64,000 nt of DNA. Origin: an uncultured bacterium. GTDB taxonomy: Bacteria; Fermentibacterota; Fermentibacteria; Fermentibacterales; JCC-6. Of the stretch, positions 10,768-20,600 are shown piece by piece. How positions within the stretch are numbered: the first letter of the stretch is position 1; the number at the start of each line of letters is the position of its first letter. Made by a program: the position numbers and the translations under genes. Below the pieces are notes generated by a model. The model searched no databases. It saw only the letters and a list, made by a program, of their open reading frames with translations, and was not told where the DNA came from. The stretch covers positions 100,861 through 164,860 of the forward strand of contig CAYREX010000001.1 of NCBI GenBank assembly GCA_964423505.1, given 5' to 3'.

Positions 10768-12203
10768 CCTCCCGCCCCGTGACCACCGGCCCCGGCATCC
10801 CGACCGGCAAAGGCCATCTCGGGTCGCAACGGCCCCCCGGAACCGGGACTCAGCTTAGAGGCAAGGCCCCTGAGGGCGGACCTGAGCCCCTCCTCGACAG
10901 TGGGGTGGTAGTAGGGCGCCCGGAGCATGTCGCGCACCGTGAGCCGACCGGTCAACCCCAGGGCAAGGAGATGGGCCATGTGCTCGGCGCCGGGGGCGAC
11001 CAGGGCGGCACCGCTCAGCATGCCGTCCTCGGCGGATGCGAACACCCTCACCAGCCCGGAGTCGGCGCCGGTCATCGCCGCCCTGCCCTGGCCCCGCATG
11101 TCGGCCTCGCCGACCAGGACGCCCCGGTCGTCCTCTCCAGCGGGGACGGACCCGACGGATGCTATGCCGGGCCTCGTGAAGACCACGCTCATGGGTACCC
11201 TCCTGACGAAGGCATCGGGCTCGGCCGCCAGCGCGTTCCAGCCCGCTATCCTCCCGTCGTCGGATGCCACGTGCAGGAGCGGCTCCCTGCCGTTGGCGTC
11301 TCCGGCTATGAAGACCGGGAGACCGCCTACCCGGAGGGTGGCCGGGTCGTGCTCGGGCACGCCCCGGTCGTCCAGAGGTACCCCGAGGACATCCAGTCCG
11401 AGGTCGTCCAGGGTCGGCCTCCTCCCCACCGAGGCCAGCACGGCGTCGAACCTCTCGGTCTCCCCCTCCACCGTTACCTCCACGCCGTCAGCGACCGGTG
11501 ACAGCTTCACCTGCGCGCCGAGGCGCATCGGGAGCTCCCCCCCGATTATGCGCGCTGCGGCCTCGGCCACCGCCGGGTCCTCGATGCCACCGATGGAGCC
11601 GGAGGCGTCGAAGCCCCGGACCCTCACCCCGAGCCTGGCAAGGGCCTGGGCCATCTCCAGGCCCAGCGGTCCGAGCCCCACCACGGCCATGCTCTCCGGC
11701 AGGTCATCCATCTCGAAGAGGTCGTCGCTGGTCAGCAGCCTGTCGCCCAGCTCCCTCCACGGGGCGGGGACAACCGGCTCCGAGCCGGTGGCCACTATCA
11801 CGCTGCCCGCCTCTATCCTGCGTCCCTCCACCTCCAGGAGCCCCGGTTCCAGGAACCTGGCGGTGCCGCGGACGAGCCTGTCACCCATGTCGGCGGTGGC
11901 CCGGAGCGTGCTCTGCACGAAGCCGTCCCTCCTGTCCCTCACCCAGGCCATCACCTTCTTCGTGTCAGCCGGGAGGCTGTCGGCGCCCCTGATCCCGACC
12001 TCCGCCAAAAGCTCCCTGGCGTGAAGGGCGGCGGCCGTCTCTATCAGGGTCTTGGAGGGCATGCAGCCCACCCTGGCGCAGGTGGTCCCGAGGGGGCCGC
12101 GGTCGACGAGCACGAAGCTCGAGCCGGAGCCGCGGACCTGGGAGAGGGCGGAGAGGCCGGCGGTCCCGGCACCGATTATCGCCACATCGCATTTCATATC
12201 CAT
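10764..12203 (-). CDS. Class I pyridine nucleotide-disulfide oxidoreductase, dihydrolipoyl dehydrogenase-like
   Basis: FAD motif VAIIGAGTAGLSA; redox-active disulfide GTTCARVGCMPSK; NAD-site GxGxxG (VVGLGPLGLE); C-terminal dimerisation HPTVEEG; ATG at 12203 with AGGAGAG SD (ORF-track start at 12212 is GTG). Confidence 0.8.
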   Translation of the reverse strand: MDMKCDVAIIGAGTAGLSALSQVRGSGSSFVLVDRGPLGTTCARVGCMPSKTLIETAAALHARELLAEVGIRGADSLPADTKKVMAWVRDRRDGFVQSTLRATADMGDRLVRGTARFLEPGLLEVEGRRIEAGSVIVATGSEPVVPAPWRELGDRLLTSDDLFEMDDLPESMAVVGLGPLGLEMAQALARLGVRVRGFDASGSIGGIEDPAVAEAAARIIGGELPMRLGAQVKLSPVADGVEVTVEGETERFDAVLASVGRRPTLDDLGLDVLGVPLDDRGVPEHDPATLRVGGLPVFIAGDANGREPLLHVASDDGRIAGWNALAAEPDAFVRRVPMSVVFTRPGIASVGSVPAGEDDRGVLVGEADMRGQGRAAMTGADSGLVRVFASAEDGMLSGAALVAPGAEHMAHLLALGLTGRLTVRDMLRAPYYHPTVEEGLRSALRGLASKLSPGSGGPLRPEMAFAGRDAGAGGHGAGG

Positions 12204-12287
12204 ATGAAGCACCTCTCCTGCACATAGTGTCGGTTGGAGATGTCTAATGTATCATTCAGACTACCATGAGGCTGGGGCAATGTCAAA

Positions 12288-12304
12288 GGGCGGGCGCCCC
12301 GCCT
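12288..12304 (-). terminator. GC hairpin GGCGGG-cgc-CCCGCC abutting GT2 stop, followed by TTTGACATTG on the minus strand
   Basis: 6-bp GC stem directly 3' of stop 12304; short U-tract; TTGACA -35-like hexamer follows. Confidence 0.3.
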
Positions 12305-13209
12305 CAGCGCCGAACGGCTCCCAGCAGGAGGGCCCTGGCGAAGCGCAGGCGGTCCCTGCCGTTCGGGACCGAGGGGTCCAGCTCCCTGCACCTCCGGTAC
12401 CGGCGCACGTACTCCCGGTACTTCCCGGAGCGCCAGAGATTGCCCAGGGTCTCCCGGAGGAGCGATGCCTCCGCACGCGGACGCTGCCGCCGGTAGGCCT
12501 CCGGGAGCCAGGGCAGGGAGAAGAGCTTCTCCATGATGGCTTCCCGGGCGCGGTGCATGGCATCCGGGTCCCTGGACTTTCCTCCCGGGTGCCTCCTGCG
12601 CAGGGCCAGCACCCGGTCCACGTACGCGAAGCGGCATCCCCGGGCGGCCATCCGGAGCCAGAGGTCGTAGTCCTCGGCGTTCCGGAGGCTCTCGTCGAAG
12701 CCGCCGGCCGCGTCGAAGCAGCTCCTCCTGAACAGAGGGGTCACGGCCGGTATTACGTTGCCTCCGAGAAGCTCGTAGAGCATGTCCCCGGAGCCCCTGC
12801 GCCGGGCCTTCCGGCGGGACCTCCTCCGACGGGTCTCCCCCGGACCGGGCGGCTCACCGGCGAAGTCGGCGGCGTCGGTGAAGACCAGGTCGCACCCGGT
12901 CTCCCGCATGACCTCCATCTGAACCTCCAGCTTGCGGGGCAGCCAGAGGTCGTCGTGGTTGTGTACGGCGACCAGCTCTCCGCGGGAGCGGGCGATGCCG
13001 TGGTTGAACGCGGAGGCGCATCCGCCGTTATCCTTGCGCATGTAGCGGAGCGAGTCCCCGAAGGCCCGGCAGACCTCCGGCGTCCGGTCGGTGGAGCCGT
13101 CGTCCACCACTATCAGCTCGAAGTCGTCCTCCGTCTGGCGGAGGACGCTCTCCACCGCCTCCGCCAGGAAGTCCTCCCCGTTGTAGACAGGTATCACGAC
13201 GCTAACCAT
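12304..13209 (-). CDS. Glycosyltransferase family 2
   Basis: MVSVVIPVYNGEDFLAEAVESVLRQT...ELIVVDDGSTDRT; DxD-type HNHDD; overlaps upstream gene end by 8 nt. Confidence 0.8.
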   Translation of the reverse strand: MVSVVIPVYNGEDFLAEAVESVLRQTEDDFELIVVDDGSTDRTPEVCRAFGDSLRYMRKDNGGCASAFNHGIARSRGELVAVHNHDDLWLPRKLEVQMEVMRETGCDLVFTDAADFAGEPPGPGETRRRRSRRKARRRGSGDMLYELLGGNVIPAVTPLFRRSCFDAAGGFDESLRNAEDYDLWLRMAARGCRFAYVDRVLALRRRHPGGKSRDPDAMHRAREAIMEKLFSLPWLPEAYRRQRPRAEASLLRETLGNLWRSGKYREYVRRYRRCRELDPSVPNGRDRLRFARALLLGAVRR

Positions 13210-14365
13210 CTCCCAGCAGCAGCCCCTCCATGCGGTGGACGGCGTCCGCCCAGGTCCAGCCCTCCATGACCTCTCTCCTGGCCGCATCGCCCATGGCCCT
13301 CCACCGGGACCGCTCCGAGAGGAACGACCCGAGGGCGGCGGCCATCGCGCCCGGCTCCTCCATCGGAACCAGCGTCCCCGAGACCCCGTCCCGCACCGCT
13401 TCGCCGGTGCCGCCGGAGTCGGTTGCCAGCACCGGCAGCCCGCTTGCCATGGCCTCCAGGAGGGTCAGGCTCAGCCCCTCCTCCTGTCCGGTCTCCCGGT
13501 CCCGGCCGGAGCACTGCAGGAAGAGGTCGGCGGAGCGGTAGACTTCCGGAAGAAGCCGGTGCTCGACCGCTCCGGCGAAGACCACCGGGCAGGGGACGCC
13601 CAGCTCCAGCGCCAGCTCCTCGAGGCGGCGCCTGTAGGAGAGGTGCCTCTCGGTGTCCCCCACCACCAGGTATGTCAGGTCGCCGCGGCCGAGCCGCGCC
13701 AGCGCTTCGAGCGCTACCTCGAGCCTCTTTATCGGCACCACGCGGCAGACCGAGAGGAGAGTGGCACCGCTCCCCGGCACCCCCAGCCGCCCCCTGACGC
13801 CGGCGGCCGGCGGTCCGGGGCGGAAGCGCCGGACGTCCACGCCGTTGTGGACCACCTCGATGCGCCCGGCGTCCAGCCCGGTGCGCTCGGCGACCATGGA
13901 GCGGATGAACCCGCTCACCGCCGCCACCCGGTCGCTTGCCCCGTATGCCCCTGCGGCCTTCCGCGCGCTCAGACCCCGGCCCGCCCTGGCCACCTCGCGG
14001 CTGTGCGCCGCGGTCACCAGGCGGAAGCTGAACAGCCGACGCAGCGGCCGCAGCCCGGCTGCGTACTGCCAGGTCGAGGCGAGAACCACGGGGCTCCCGG
14101 AGCGGAGCAGGAAGCCGGAGGCGTAGAGGGCGGAGACGACCCGCCGGGTCCGCGACCAGTCCCTGCCGGCCATGGTCACTACCCGGAATGGGGCGCCGCG
14201 GTGGGCGTCCTGCATCGCCCGTCTCTCGCCCCTTGTAAGCACGGTGACGGAGCGGAAGGAGGGGGCCAGGCCCCGGGCCATCTCGTGGGCCCACATGCCT
14301 ATGCCCCCGCCGGTGTCCGGCGGGAACCTGTCGGTCAGGATGGCCAGGTCCCGCTCGGCGCTCAC
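13202..14365 (-). CDS. Glycosyltransferase family 4 (GT-B)
   Basis: LAILTDRFPPDTGGG N-terminus; EGLSLTLLEAMASGLPVLATDSGGTGEAV (E-x7-E); likely GTG start at 14365 overlapping upstream stop (GTGA); the ATG at 14419 would give a 58-nt overlap. Confidence 0.75.
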   Translation of the reverse strand: MSAERDLAILTDRFPPDTGGGIGMWAHEMARGLAPSFRSVTVLTRGERRAMQDAHRGAPFRVVTMAGRDWSRTRRVVSALYASGFLLRSGSPVVLASTWQYAAGLRPLRRLFSFRLVTAAHSREVARAGRGLSARKAAGAYGASDRVAAVSGFIRSMVAERTGLDAGRIEVVHNGVDVRRFRPGPPAAGVRGRLGVPGSGATLLSVCRVVPIKRLEVALEALARLGRGDLTYLVVGDTERHLSYRRRLEELALELGVPCPVVFAGAVEHRLLPEVYRSADLFLQCSGRDRETGQEEGLSLTLLEAMASGLPVLATDSGGTGEAVRDGVSGTLVPMEEPGAMAAALGSFLSERSRWRAMGDAARREVMEGWTWADAVHRMEGLLLGDG

Positions 14366-15525
14366 GTCCGCGCCGCCCCCTCCATGAGGCTCAGCATGCG
14401 GCCGGCGCTGCGCTCCCATAGCAGGTCGCCGGCCCGCTCCAGGGCCGCCTCGCCCATCTCCCGGGCCAGCCGGCGGTCCTCCATCAGCCGACCGAGCGCC
14501 CCGGCAACGCTCTCCGGGCTGCCGCTCGTCACCAGGGCCTCCCTGCCTCCGGTCACGAAGTCGGAGAGGGAGGGGAGGTCAACGGTCACCACCGGCAGCC
14601 CGGCCGCCAGGTAGTCGAAGAGCTTTGACGGGGCGGTGAGGTAGCGGTTGTAGAAGTTGTCGCGGAGGAGGAGCAGGCCTACGTCCGCCTGCCGGAGCCT
14701 ACCGGTCAGCTCCCGGTATGGCAGCCAGCCGGTGACCTCCGCCCTCTCCTCCAGCCCGGCTCCCCGGACCAGGTCCCGGGCGTACGAGACCTCCTCCGCG
14801 TTGCGCCCCCCCAGCAGCAGCAGCCTCCATCCCGGGCGCGCCGCCATGCGGAAGGACTCCACGGCTGCGTCTATGCCCTTCATCGGCTGGAAGCTCCCGG
14901 CGTAGCAGACTACCCGCTCCCCTCCGTCTCCGCGGTCTGGGAGCTCCGGCGCCCTGGACCGCACGCCGGGCCAGGCCACCATCACCGGGACGGCCAGCTC
15001 CTCGCGGTAGAGGGCGGCCTGGGCCGACTGGAGCGCAAGGACGCCGTCGACCTCGGGCAGGAAGAGCCTCTCCGAGAGGTGGAACCAGCGCCTGTGCACG
15101 CGGTTCATCTCCTCCCTGCCCCTAAGACTCATGTAGAAGTTGTGGCTCTGGTAGAAGACGGGGACGTCCAGCCTGAGCCTCAGGTAGACCAGGTAGGGCA
15201 GGAAGCCGGGGTCCCTGGTGATGACCGCGTCCAGCCCGGCCTCCCCGTGCAGCCCGAGCAGCAGGCGCACGGCGCGGGCGTAGAAGACCTCGTTGGTAGT
15301 GGCCCCGCCAATCCTCGCGGAGAGCCTGTGCACGTGAAGGAGCGGCTCTCCCGAGAGCCCGAGCCCCTCCAGGCCCTCCTCCGGGCCGCCCCTGCCCGGC
15401 CTGCAGACCAGGTGGGACTCCACCCCGGAGGCGGTGAACCCCCAGGCGTTCATCGCCGAGAAGACGGTGGAGGGCATGGGTGAAGGGAAGCCGACCTTGT
15501 TGACGTAGGCCAGGCGCCGGATCAA
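14362..15525 (-). CDS. Glycosyltransferase family 4 (GT-B)
   Basis: TTG start 6 nt after GGAGGG SD, overlapping GT9 stop (TTGA); YAGSFQPMKGID...; long 5' extension in ORF track is antisense-like and rejected. Confidence 0.7.
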   Translation of the reverse strand: MIRRLAYVNKVGFPSPMPSTVFSAMNAWGFTASGVESHLVCRPGRGGPEEGLEGLGLSGEPLLHVHRLSARIGGATTNEVFYARAVRLLLGLHGEAGLDAVITRDPGFLPYLVYLRLRLDVPVFYQSHNFYMSLRGREEMNRVHRRWFHLSERLFLPEVDGVLALQSAQAALYREELAVPVMVAWPGVRSRAPELPDRGDGGERVVCYAGSFQPMKGIDAAVESFRMAARPGWRLLLLGGRNAEEVSYARDLVRGAGLEERAEVTGWLPYRELTGRLRQADVGLLLLRDNFYNRYLTAPSKLFDYLAAGLPVVTVDLPSLSDFVTGGREALVTSGSPESVAGALGRLMEDRRLAREMGEAALERAGDLLWERSAGRMLSLMEGAART

Positions 15526-16580
15526 GGCATACCCTCCAGCAGCTCGACAAGCGGCCGCCTGACGGCCCTGGCGGGGATGTCCCCCGCCCGGGAGGTCGGA
15601 CCGACGACGAGGCGGCTCGCCGGAGACGGCCTGAAGAACCTCCGGACGTTGGCAGAGCGGGCCTGGAAGAGCGCCACCACAGGGACCTCCATGAGCTGGG
15701 CCATGTGAAGGGTGGAGGTGTCCGGGGTGACCAGGCAGTCCAGCTCCCGGACCACCCTGGCCAGCTCCATGGGCCCCGGTATCCGGCACATGACCGAGGT
15801 GCCGGGCCGGGCCGCGGCCAGGGAGCCCGCCTCCTCTTCCCTGCCGGGCATGCCGAGCAGCAGGAACCGGACCTCGTCCTCTCCGAAAGAGCCCATGAGC
15901 TCGGCGGTCCTCTCCGCCCCCCATTCCCGGGACGGCTCTCCCGCGGAGAGGTTGATGCCGACGAGAGGAGGCCCCGTCGGCCCCGGCATCCCCGGGGCGG
16001 TCACCTCTCCCGCCGGGGACCAGCGCATGTCCTCCGCGGAGGGCGAGAGCCCCCAGACGTCCAGGAGGGCCATGTTCCTCTCCATCACCAGATCCCGCCC
16101 CGCCCGGTCCACCAGCCGGTCGCAGAGCCCACGGACCATGGCCCCCCTGTGCCCCACGGTGAGCTCCCCGCGGAGCAGCCTGAGCAGCATGCTGAACGTC
16201 CTGGAGGGATGGTCCTTCGGCGAGTAGACGACGGTGAAGCGTCTCCGCCTTGTCCACCGTATGAGCCCACCGGCCGGCGGCCTGTAGAGCTGGGTCTCGT
16301 CGACGCAGTCGACCCCATCGTAGAGGGGGGCGTTGGCGGCTGTGGAGAGGACGGTGCTGCGGACGCCGGGAAAGCACCTCCTCAGGGCCTGGAGCAGGGG
16401 GAGCATCAGGAGGGCGTCCCCCAGCTTCTCCTGGGAGATGACGCATACGGTGCCCGGTCTCGGCGGAGGATCGCCCGCCCTCCGCAGCATCCTCCGGAGC
16501 GACATGCCCAGAAGGGCGCAGAGGGGGTACCTCGCCGACCGGGAGAGGAGGGTCCTGAGCCTCTCAGGGGCCGGGGCCAC
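15522..16580 (-). CDS. Glycosyltransferase family 9 (ADP-heptose:LPS heptosyltransferase-like)
   Basis: ISQEKLGDALLMLPLLQALR N-terminal motif; C-terminal VTPDTSTLHMAQLMEVPVVALF resembles GT9 DSGPMHLAAA segment. Confidence 0.7.
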   Translation of the reverse strand: MAPAPERLRTLLSRSARYPLCALLGMSLRRMLRRAGDPPPRPGTVCVISQEKLGDALLMLPLLQALRRCFPGVRSTVLSTAANAPLYDGVDCVDETQLYRPPAGGLIRWTRRRRFTVVYSPKDHPSRTFSMLLRLLRGELTVGHRGAMVRGLCDRLVDRAGRDLVMERNMALLDVWGLSPSAEDMRWSPAGEVTAPGMPGPTGPPLVGINLSAGEPSREWGAERTAELMGSFGEDEVRFLLLGMPGREEEAGSLAAARPGTSVMCRIPGPMELARVVRELDCLVTPDTSTLHMAQLMEVPVVALFQARSANVRRFFRPSPASRLVVGPTSRAGDIPARAVRRPLVELLEGMP

Positions 16581-17619
16581 GGGTCACCTCCTCCAGCAGC
16601 TCCACCAGTCCTTTGCGCATCCCCTCGAGGGAGAAGCAGGAGCGCACCCGCTCCCTCCCGGCATCGCCGAGGCGCCGCCTGAGCCGGGGGTCCAGGGCCA
16701 GCCCGGCCATCCTCTCGGCGACCCGGGCCGGGTCTGGAGGGACCAGGAGACCGTCCACCCCGTCCGTCACCAGCTCCGCCGACCAGCCGGCCGCCGTCAG
16801 CATCACCGGTACGCCGAGGGCCATGGCCTCGAGGGCGGCGTTGGGGATGCCCTCGTTCCGGGAGAGCAGCACGAAGAGATCGCTCTCTCCCTCCAGGCGG
16901 CGCACGTCGGGGACGAAGCCGGCGAAGGCTACCCTGGCGTCCGGGCAGAGCCGGGTCGACATCTCCCGCAGCGCCTCCTCCTCCGGGCCCTCGCCGGCCA
17001 GTACCACCTCGACCCTCCCCCGGAGCTCCCGGGGCAGCAACGAGACCGCCTCCAGAAGGACGGCCTGCCCCTTCCGTGGTATGAGGGAGCCGACGCAGAC
17101 CACCCTGAGCCGGCCGTCCTTCCGGCGAGGGGCCGGCTCCATCTCCGGCACGCCGTTACGGACGACGCGGACACGGTCCCTCTCCAGGCCGCAGCGGACC
17201 AGCTCGTCCGCTATGGCCCCGGCGTTCACCAGCACGGCGTCGCAGCCCCTTCGGAAGACCCACCTGCGGAGCGAAGGGCGGGGCAGACGGCGGACTATGC
17301 CGAGGCGGACGACATGCCCGAACCGGAGGAAGACCCGCAGGAGAGCGCAGATGAGGTTCTCCTTCCGCTTCGTGGAGACTACTGTATCCACCCTCTCATC
17401 GCGGACCATCCGCGCCAGACCGGCGTATGTGGGGATGTCCAGCACGCTCCGGAAGGGCAGGCCAACGGTCAGGTCCGTCTCCCCGAACCGGGCGGCCATC
17501 TCCCCTCTCCGGCAGGCCAGTAGCACCCGGTGGTCCGGGCGCAGCGCCTCCATCGCCATGGAGACCCAGCGCTCGTTGCCGCCCCAGCTCCGGGCGGAGC
17601 AGACGAAGAGGACGTTCAC
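16564..17619 (-). CDS. Glycosyltransferase family 4
   Basis: MNVLFVCSARSWGGNE...; RNEGIPNAALEAMALGVPVMLTAAGWSAELV. Confidence 0.75.
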   Translation of the reverse strand: MNVLFVCSARSWGGNERWVSMAMEALRPDHRVLLACRRGEMAARFGETDLTVGLPFRSVLDIPTYAGLARMVRDERVDTVVSTKRKENLICALLRVFLRFGHVVRLGIVRRLPRPSLRRWVFRRGCDAVLVNAGAIADELVRCGLERDRVRVVRNGVPEMEPAPRRKDGRLRVVCVGSLIPRKGQAVLLEAVSLLPRELRGRVEVVLAGEGPEEEALREMSTRLCPDARVAFAGFVPDVRRLEGESDLFVLLSRNEGIPNAALEAMALGVPVMLTAAGWSAELVTDGVDGLLVPPDPARVAERMAGLALDPRLRRRLGDAGRERVRSCFSLEGMRKGLVELLEEVTRGPGP

Positions 17620-18686
17620 CGGCGAAGCCCCTCCATGAACACCTCCTCCAGCCGGTCCAGCATCCGCTCGAGGGAGAAGTGCTCCTCCACCCTCCTTCTT
17701 CCCGACTCGCCCATGCGCCTGCGCAGGTTCCGGTCGTCCATCAGCTCCGAGAGGGCGCCGTAGAGGGCCTCCGGGTCTGCGGCCGGGACCAGGAGCCCGG
17801 TCTCACCGTCCACCACCAGCTCGTCGGTACCCCTGATGTCGGTGGCCGCCACCGGCCGCCCTGCCGCCATCGCCTCCATGACCACGTTGGGCATCCCCTC
17901 GAAGAGGGAGGGCAGGCAGAAGACGCTGCAGCGGTGCATCAGCCGGTGGAGGTCCTCCACGTGCCCGGGCAGGCCGACGTTGGAGAGCCCCTCCTCCCGG
18001 ACTCTCCGCTCCAGCTCCCCGCGCTGCTCGCCCTCCCCGGCGATCACGAACCTCCAGTCCCGGCCGTCCCGCATGGCCATCGCCGCCGCCTCCAGCAGGG
18101 TGCCGAAGCTCTTCTGCGGATCCAGGCGCCCTGCGCCGAGGACCATCGGCGGGTCAGCATCCGGAACCGCGTCCGGGACGTCCGCCCACTCGGGGTCCAT
18201 GCCGTTGTACACGAGGTGAATGAAGCCCTCCGGGAACCAGCCGTACCCCATGTACTCGTCGCGGATGCCGGCGGAGTTCACTATCATGCCGTCGGTGAGC
18301 CGGAGGAAGCTGTGCCGGTACCTCGGTCTGGGGCGGCAGAGTACCAGGCCCTGCCGGGCCAGGATCCTCGGAGTGCGTGCCATTCGCCCGGCCAGCCCGG
18401 CGGTCCTAACGTCCTTCATGAGACAGGGGACGAGCACGTCGACTTTGTTCCGCCTGAGGAAGCCGAGCAGGCGCAGCGTCAGGTTGGGGTTGAAGTCACC
18501 GGTCACCGGCAGGGGGAGAACGGCCACCCCCGCCTCCCTCGCCCTGCGGGCAAGCACCGACCGGGGCCTGCAGCCGACCCATGTCCCGTGCCCCCGCGAG
18601 GAGAGGCCGGAGGCGGCCGAGAGAGCCCATTTCTCCCCCCCTCCCCAGGTGTCGGCCGCGATGCCGTCAACGAAGAGGATGTTCAA
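17616..18686 (-). CDS. Glycosyltransferase family 4
   Basis: MNILFVDGIAADTWGGGEKW...; FEGMPNVVMEAMAAGRPVAATDIRGTDELV; ATGA overlap with downstream gene. Confidence 0.75.
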   Translation of the reverse strand: MNILFVDGIAADTWGGGEKWALSAASGLSSRGHGTWVGCRPRSVLARRAREAGVAVLPLPVTGDFNPNLTLRLLGFLRRNKVDVLVPCLMKDVRTAGLAGRMARTPRILARQGLVLCRPRPRYRHSFLRLTDGMIVNSAGIRDEYMGYGWFPEGFIHLVYNGMDPEWADVPDAVPDADPPMVLGAGRLDPQKSFGTLLEAAAMAMRDGRDWRFVIAGEGEQRGELERRVREEGLSNVGLPGHVEDLHRLMHRCSVFCLPSLFEGMPNVVMEAMAAGRPVAATDIRGTDELVVDGETGLLVPAADPEALYGALSELMDDRNLRRRMGESGRRRVEEHFSLERMLDRLEEVFMEGLRR

Positions 18687-18696
18687 GGCGCCCGGC

Positions 18697-19644
18697 CTAT
18701 ACGTCCCGCAGGAGGTGGTAGTTCTCGAAGCTGCACATGCGGCGTCCGCCCCGGAAGGTCCTCTCCAGCCAGGTCAGGAGTCGGTAGCGGAGCCTCTCGT
18801 GCTTGTGCTTCCTCCTCGCGGGGTCCGGCCTCCCGGTCTGCTGGAGCCTGTCTCCCCAGTCCATGGCCTCGATGCGGCCCCTCATCACCGCCGGATGGGT
18901 GCCCTCGTAGACCTCCAGCCTGTCCAGCGGGCCATAGTCGAACTCGGGGGGCGCCCCGTCGTAGTGCTCCTCGGCCCTTCGCCTGCCCCAGTGTATCGAA
19001 TGGAAGGCCCGCGACTTCGCCTGCATGAGGCCCGGCGGCCGCACCCACCCGTAATGGAATATCTCCGCGTCCACCGCTGCCACGCGGAGCTTGCGGGTGC
19101 CCCCCTCCTGGCGGGGGTGCTCGTATGGGTCGAAGGAGCGGAAGGACTGGGCGCTCTCGAACGAGTGGATGTCCGGCCGGTTCCTTACCACCCTTATCTC
19201 GAACGGATACCACCCGTGGCTGTCGTGGTAGTGGCGGTAGTCGCCCCAGAAGTGCCTGTACCCGAAGAGGAGGCCCTCTACGCGACCGTCGTCGAGGAGC
19301 TCCCTGCAGCGACGCTCGATGGCCGGCAGGTCCCGCTCGTGGAGCACCTCGTCCGCCTGGAGGTAGAGCAGCCAGTCGCCGGTGCAGGCGCTCATGGCCC
19401 TGTCGGTCTCTATGGCGTTTATGACCCCCCTAGTGCAGTGGCGCTCCTCCCAGACGCTGTCGATGATGCGGACCTTCGGGTCGCCTATGGCCTCGATGTC
19501 GCGCCTTGTCGTGTCGTCCGGGTCACCCTCGCCGACGGCCACCACGAACTCGTCGACCAGCGGCAGGGCGGACCTGATGGACTCTACAACCGGGTAGTAG
19601 AGCTTGACGCCGTTCCGAACGAACGAGAAGCCGCTGAGCCTCAC
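18697..19644 (-). CDS. GT-A fold glycosyltransferase (GT2-like)
   Basis: FSFVRNGVKLYYPVVESIRSALPLVDEFVVAVGEGDPDDT N-terminal Rossmann-like segment; LQADEV acidic motif. Confidence 0.55.
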   Translation of the reverse strand: MRLSGFSFVRNGVKLYYPVVESIRSALPLVDEFVVAVGEGDPDDTTRRDIEAIGDPKVRIIDSVWEERHCTRGVINAIETDRAMSACTGDWLLYLQADEVLHERDLPAIERRCRELLDDGRVEGLLFGYRHFWGDYRHYHDSHGWYPFEIRVVRNRPDIHSFESAQSFRSFDPYEHPRQEGGTRKLRVAAVDAEIFHYGWVRPPGLMQAKSRAFHSIHWGRRRAEEHYDGAPPEFDYGPLDRLEVYEGTHPAVMRGRIEAMDWGDRLQQTGRPDPARRKHKHERLRYRLLTWLERTFRGGRRMCSFENYHLLRDV

Positions 19645-20468
19645 GGGCTCTCCACCTCTCCGCCTCCACCGTCTCCGGGCCCCTCACCGCAGCTCCGGAG
19701 GACGGCCCTGGCCTTGCTCCCGATGTGGACCACCCCGTACACCAGGCCGGCCAGCGGCCTGGAGGAGTAGGTCTCCCACCTGACCAGCCGGAAGCCGGTC
19801 CTCCCGGCCAGCTCGGCGAGCGACCTCCTGCAGAACTCGTTGCAGTGACCCGGACGGTAGCCCTCCGCGTAGCGCTTGCGGTGCAGCCCCAGCCTGCTCA
19901 TGAGCCGCTTGAGGCGCATCTCAGGAGCCATGATGTTCGGCACCTCCAGCACCACATGCCCCCCCCGCCGGAGCAGCCTGCTTACCTTTCTCATGGCGCG
20001 GTAGGGGTCCGGGAGGTGCTCCAGCACATGGCGCATCACCACCACGTCGAACCGCCCCTCGTCCGGCGTCTCGTAGTCCATGAAGTCCGCCTCGACCACT
20101 GACACACCGAGCCTCTCCCGCACGCTTCGGGCGAGGGAGGGGGAGAGCTCCAGGCCGAACACGTCCCATCCCCGGCGGCCGGCCTCGCAGAGAAGGTGCC
20201 CGTTGCCGCAGCCGACCTCCATGAGACGCCCTTCGGAGGGGACGTGTCTGGACATGAATCGGAGCGTGCGCCTCTGGGCCTCGTTCACCGGGTGGTCCCG
20301 GTCATCCGGGTCGACCGGCCGCTCGGAGTACTTGCGCTGGTCAAGCCCGCCCTCGAGGTCGTAGCTCACCAGGCCGCAGCCACAGCACCTGTAGAATCGG
20401 AACTGCCCCCGGTCTCCCTGGGTGTAGAAGGGCCTCATCCCCTCGCGTCCGCAGAGCCTGCACCTCAT
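19641..20468 (-). CDS. Class I SAM-dependent methyltransferase with N-terminal zinc ribbon
   Basis: CRLCG...CCGCG zinc ribbon; motif I LMEVGCGNGHLL; post-I acidic FGLELS; ATG at 20468 preferred over GTG at 20492. Confidence 0.75.
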   Translation of the reverse strand: MRCRLCGREGMRPFYTQGDRGQFRFYRCCGCGLVSYDLEGGLDQRKYSERPVDPDDRDHPVNEAQRRTLRFMSRHVPSEGRLMEVGCGNGHLLCEAGRRGWDVFGLELSPSLARSVRERLGVSVVEADFMDYETPDEGRFDVVVMRHVLEHLPDPYRAMRKVSRLLRRGGHVVLEVPNIMAPEMRLKRLMSRLGLHRKRYAEGYRPGHCNEFCRRSLAELAGRTGFRLVRWETYSSRPLAGLVYGVVHIGSKARAVLRSCGEGPGDGGGGEVESP

Positions 20469-20600
20469 CGGGGTCCGCCTTCCCGCTGCCACCGGGACCC
20501 GGCTCCCGGCGGTCTGACAGGATTAGCAGGTCCGCCCCTGCGTGTCAACTTCGTTCATTGGCCCTGCTCGAGGCGCATGTGCCCCGGGATCGGGAACTCC

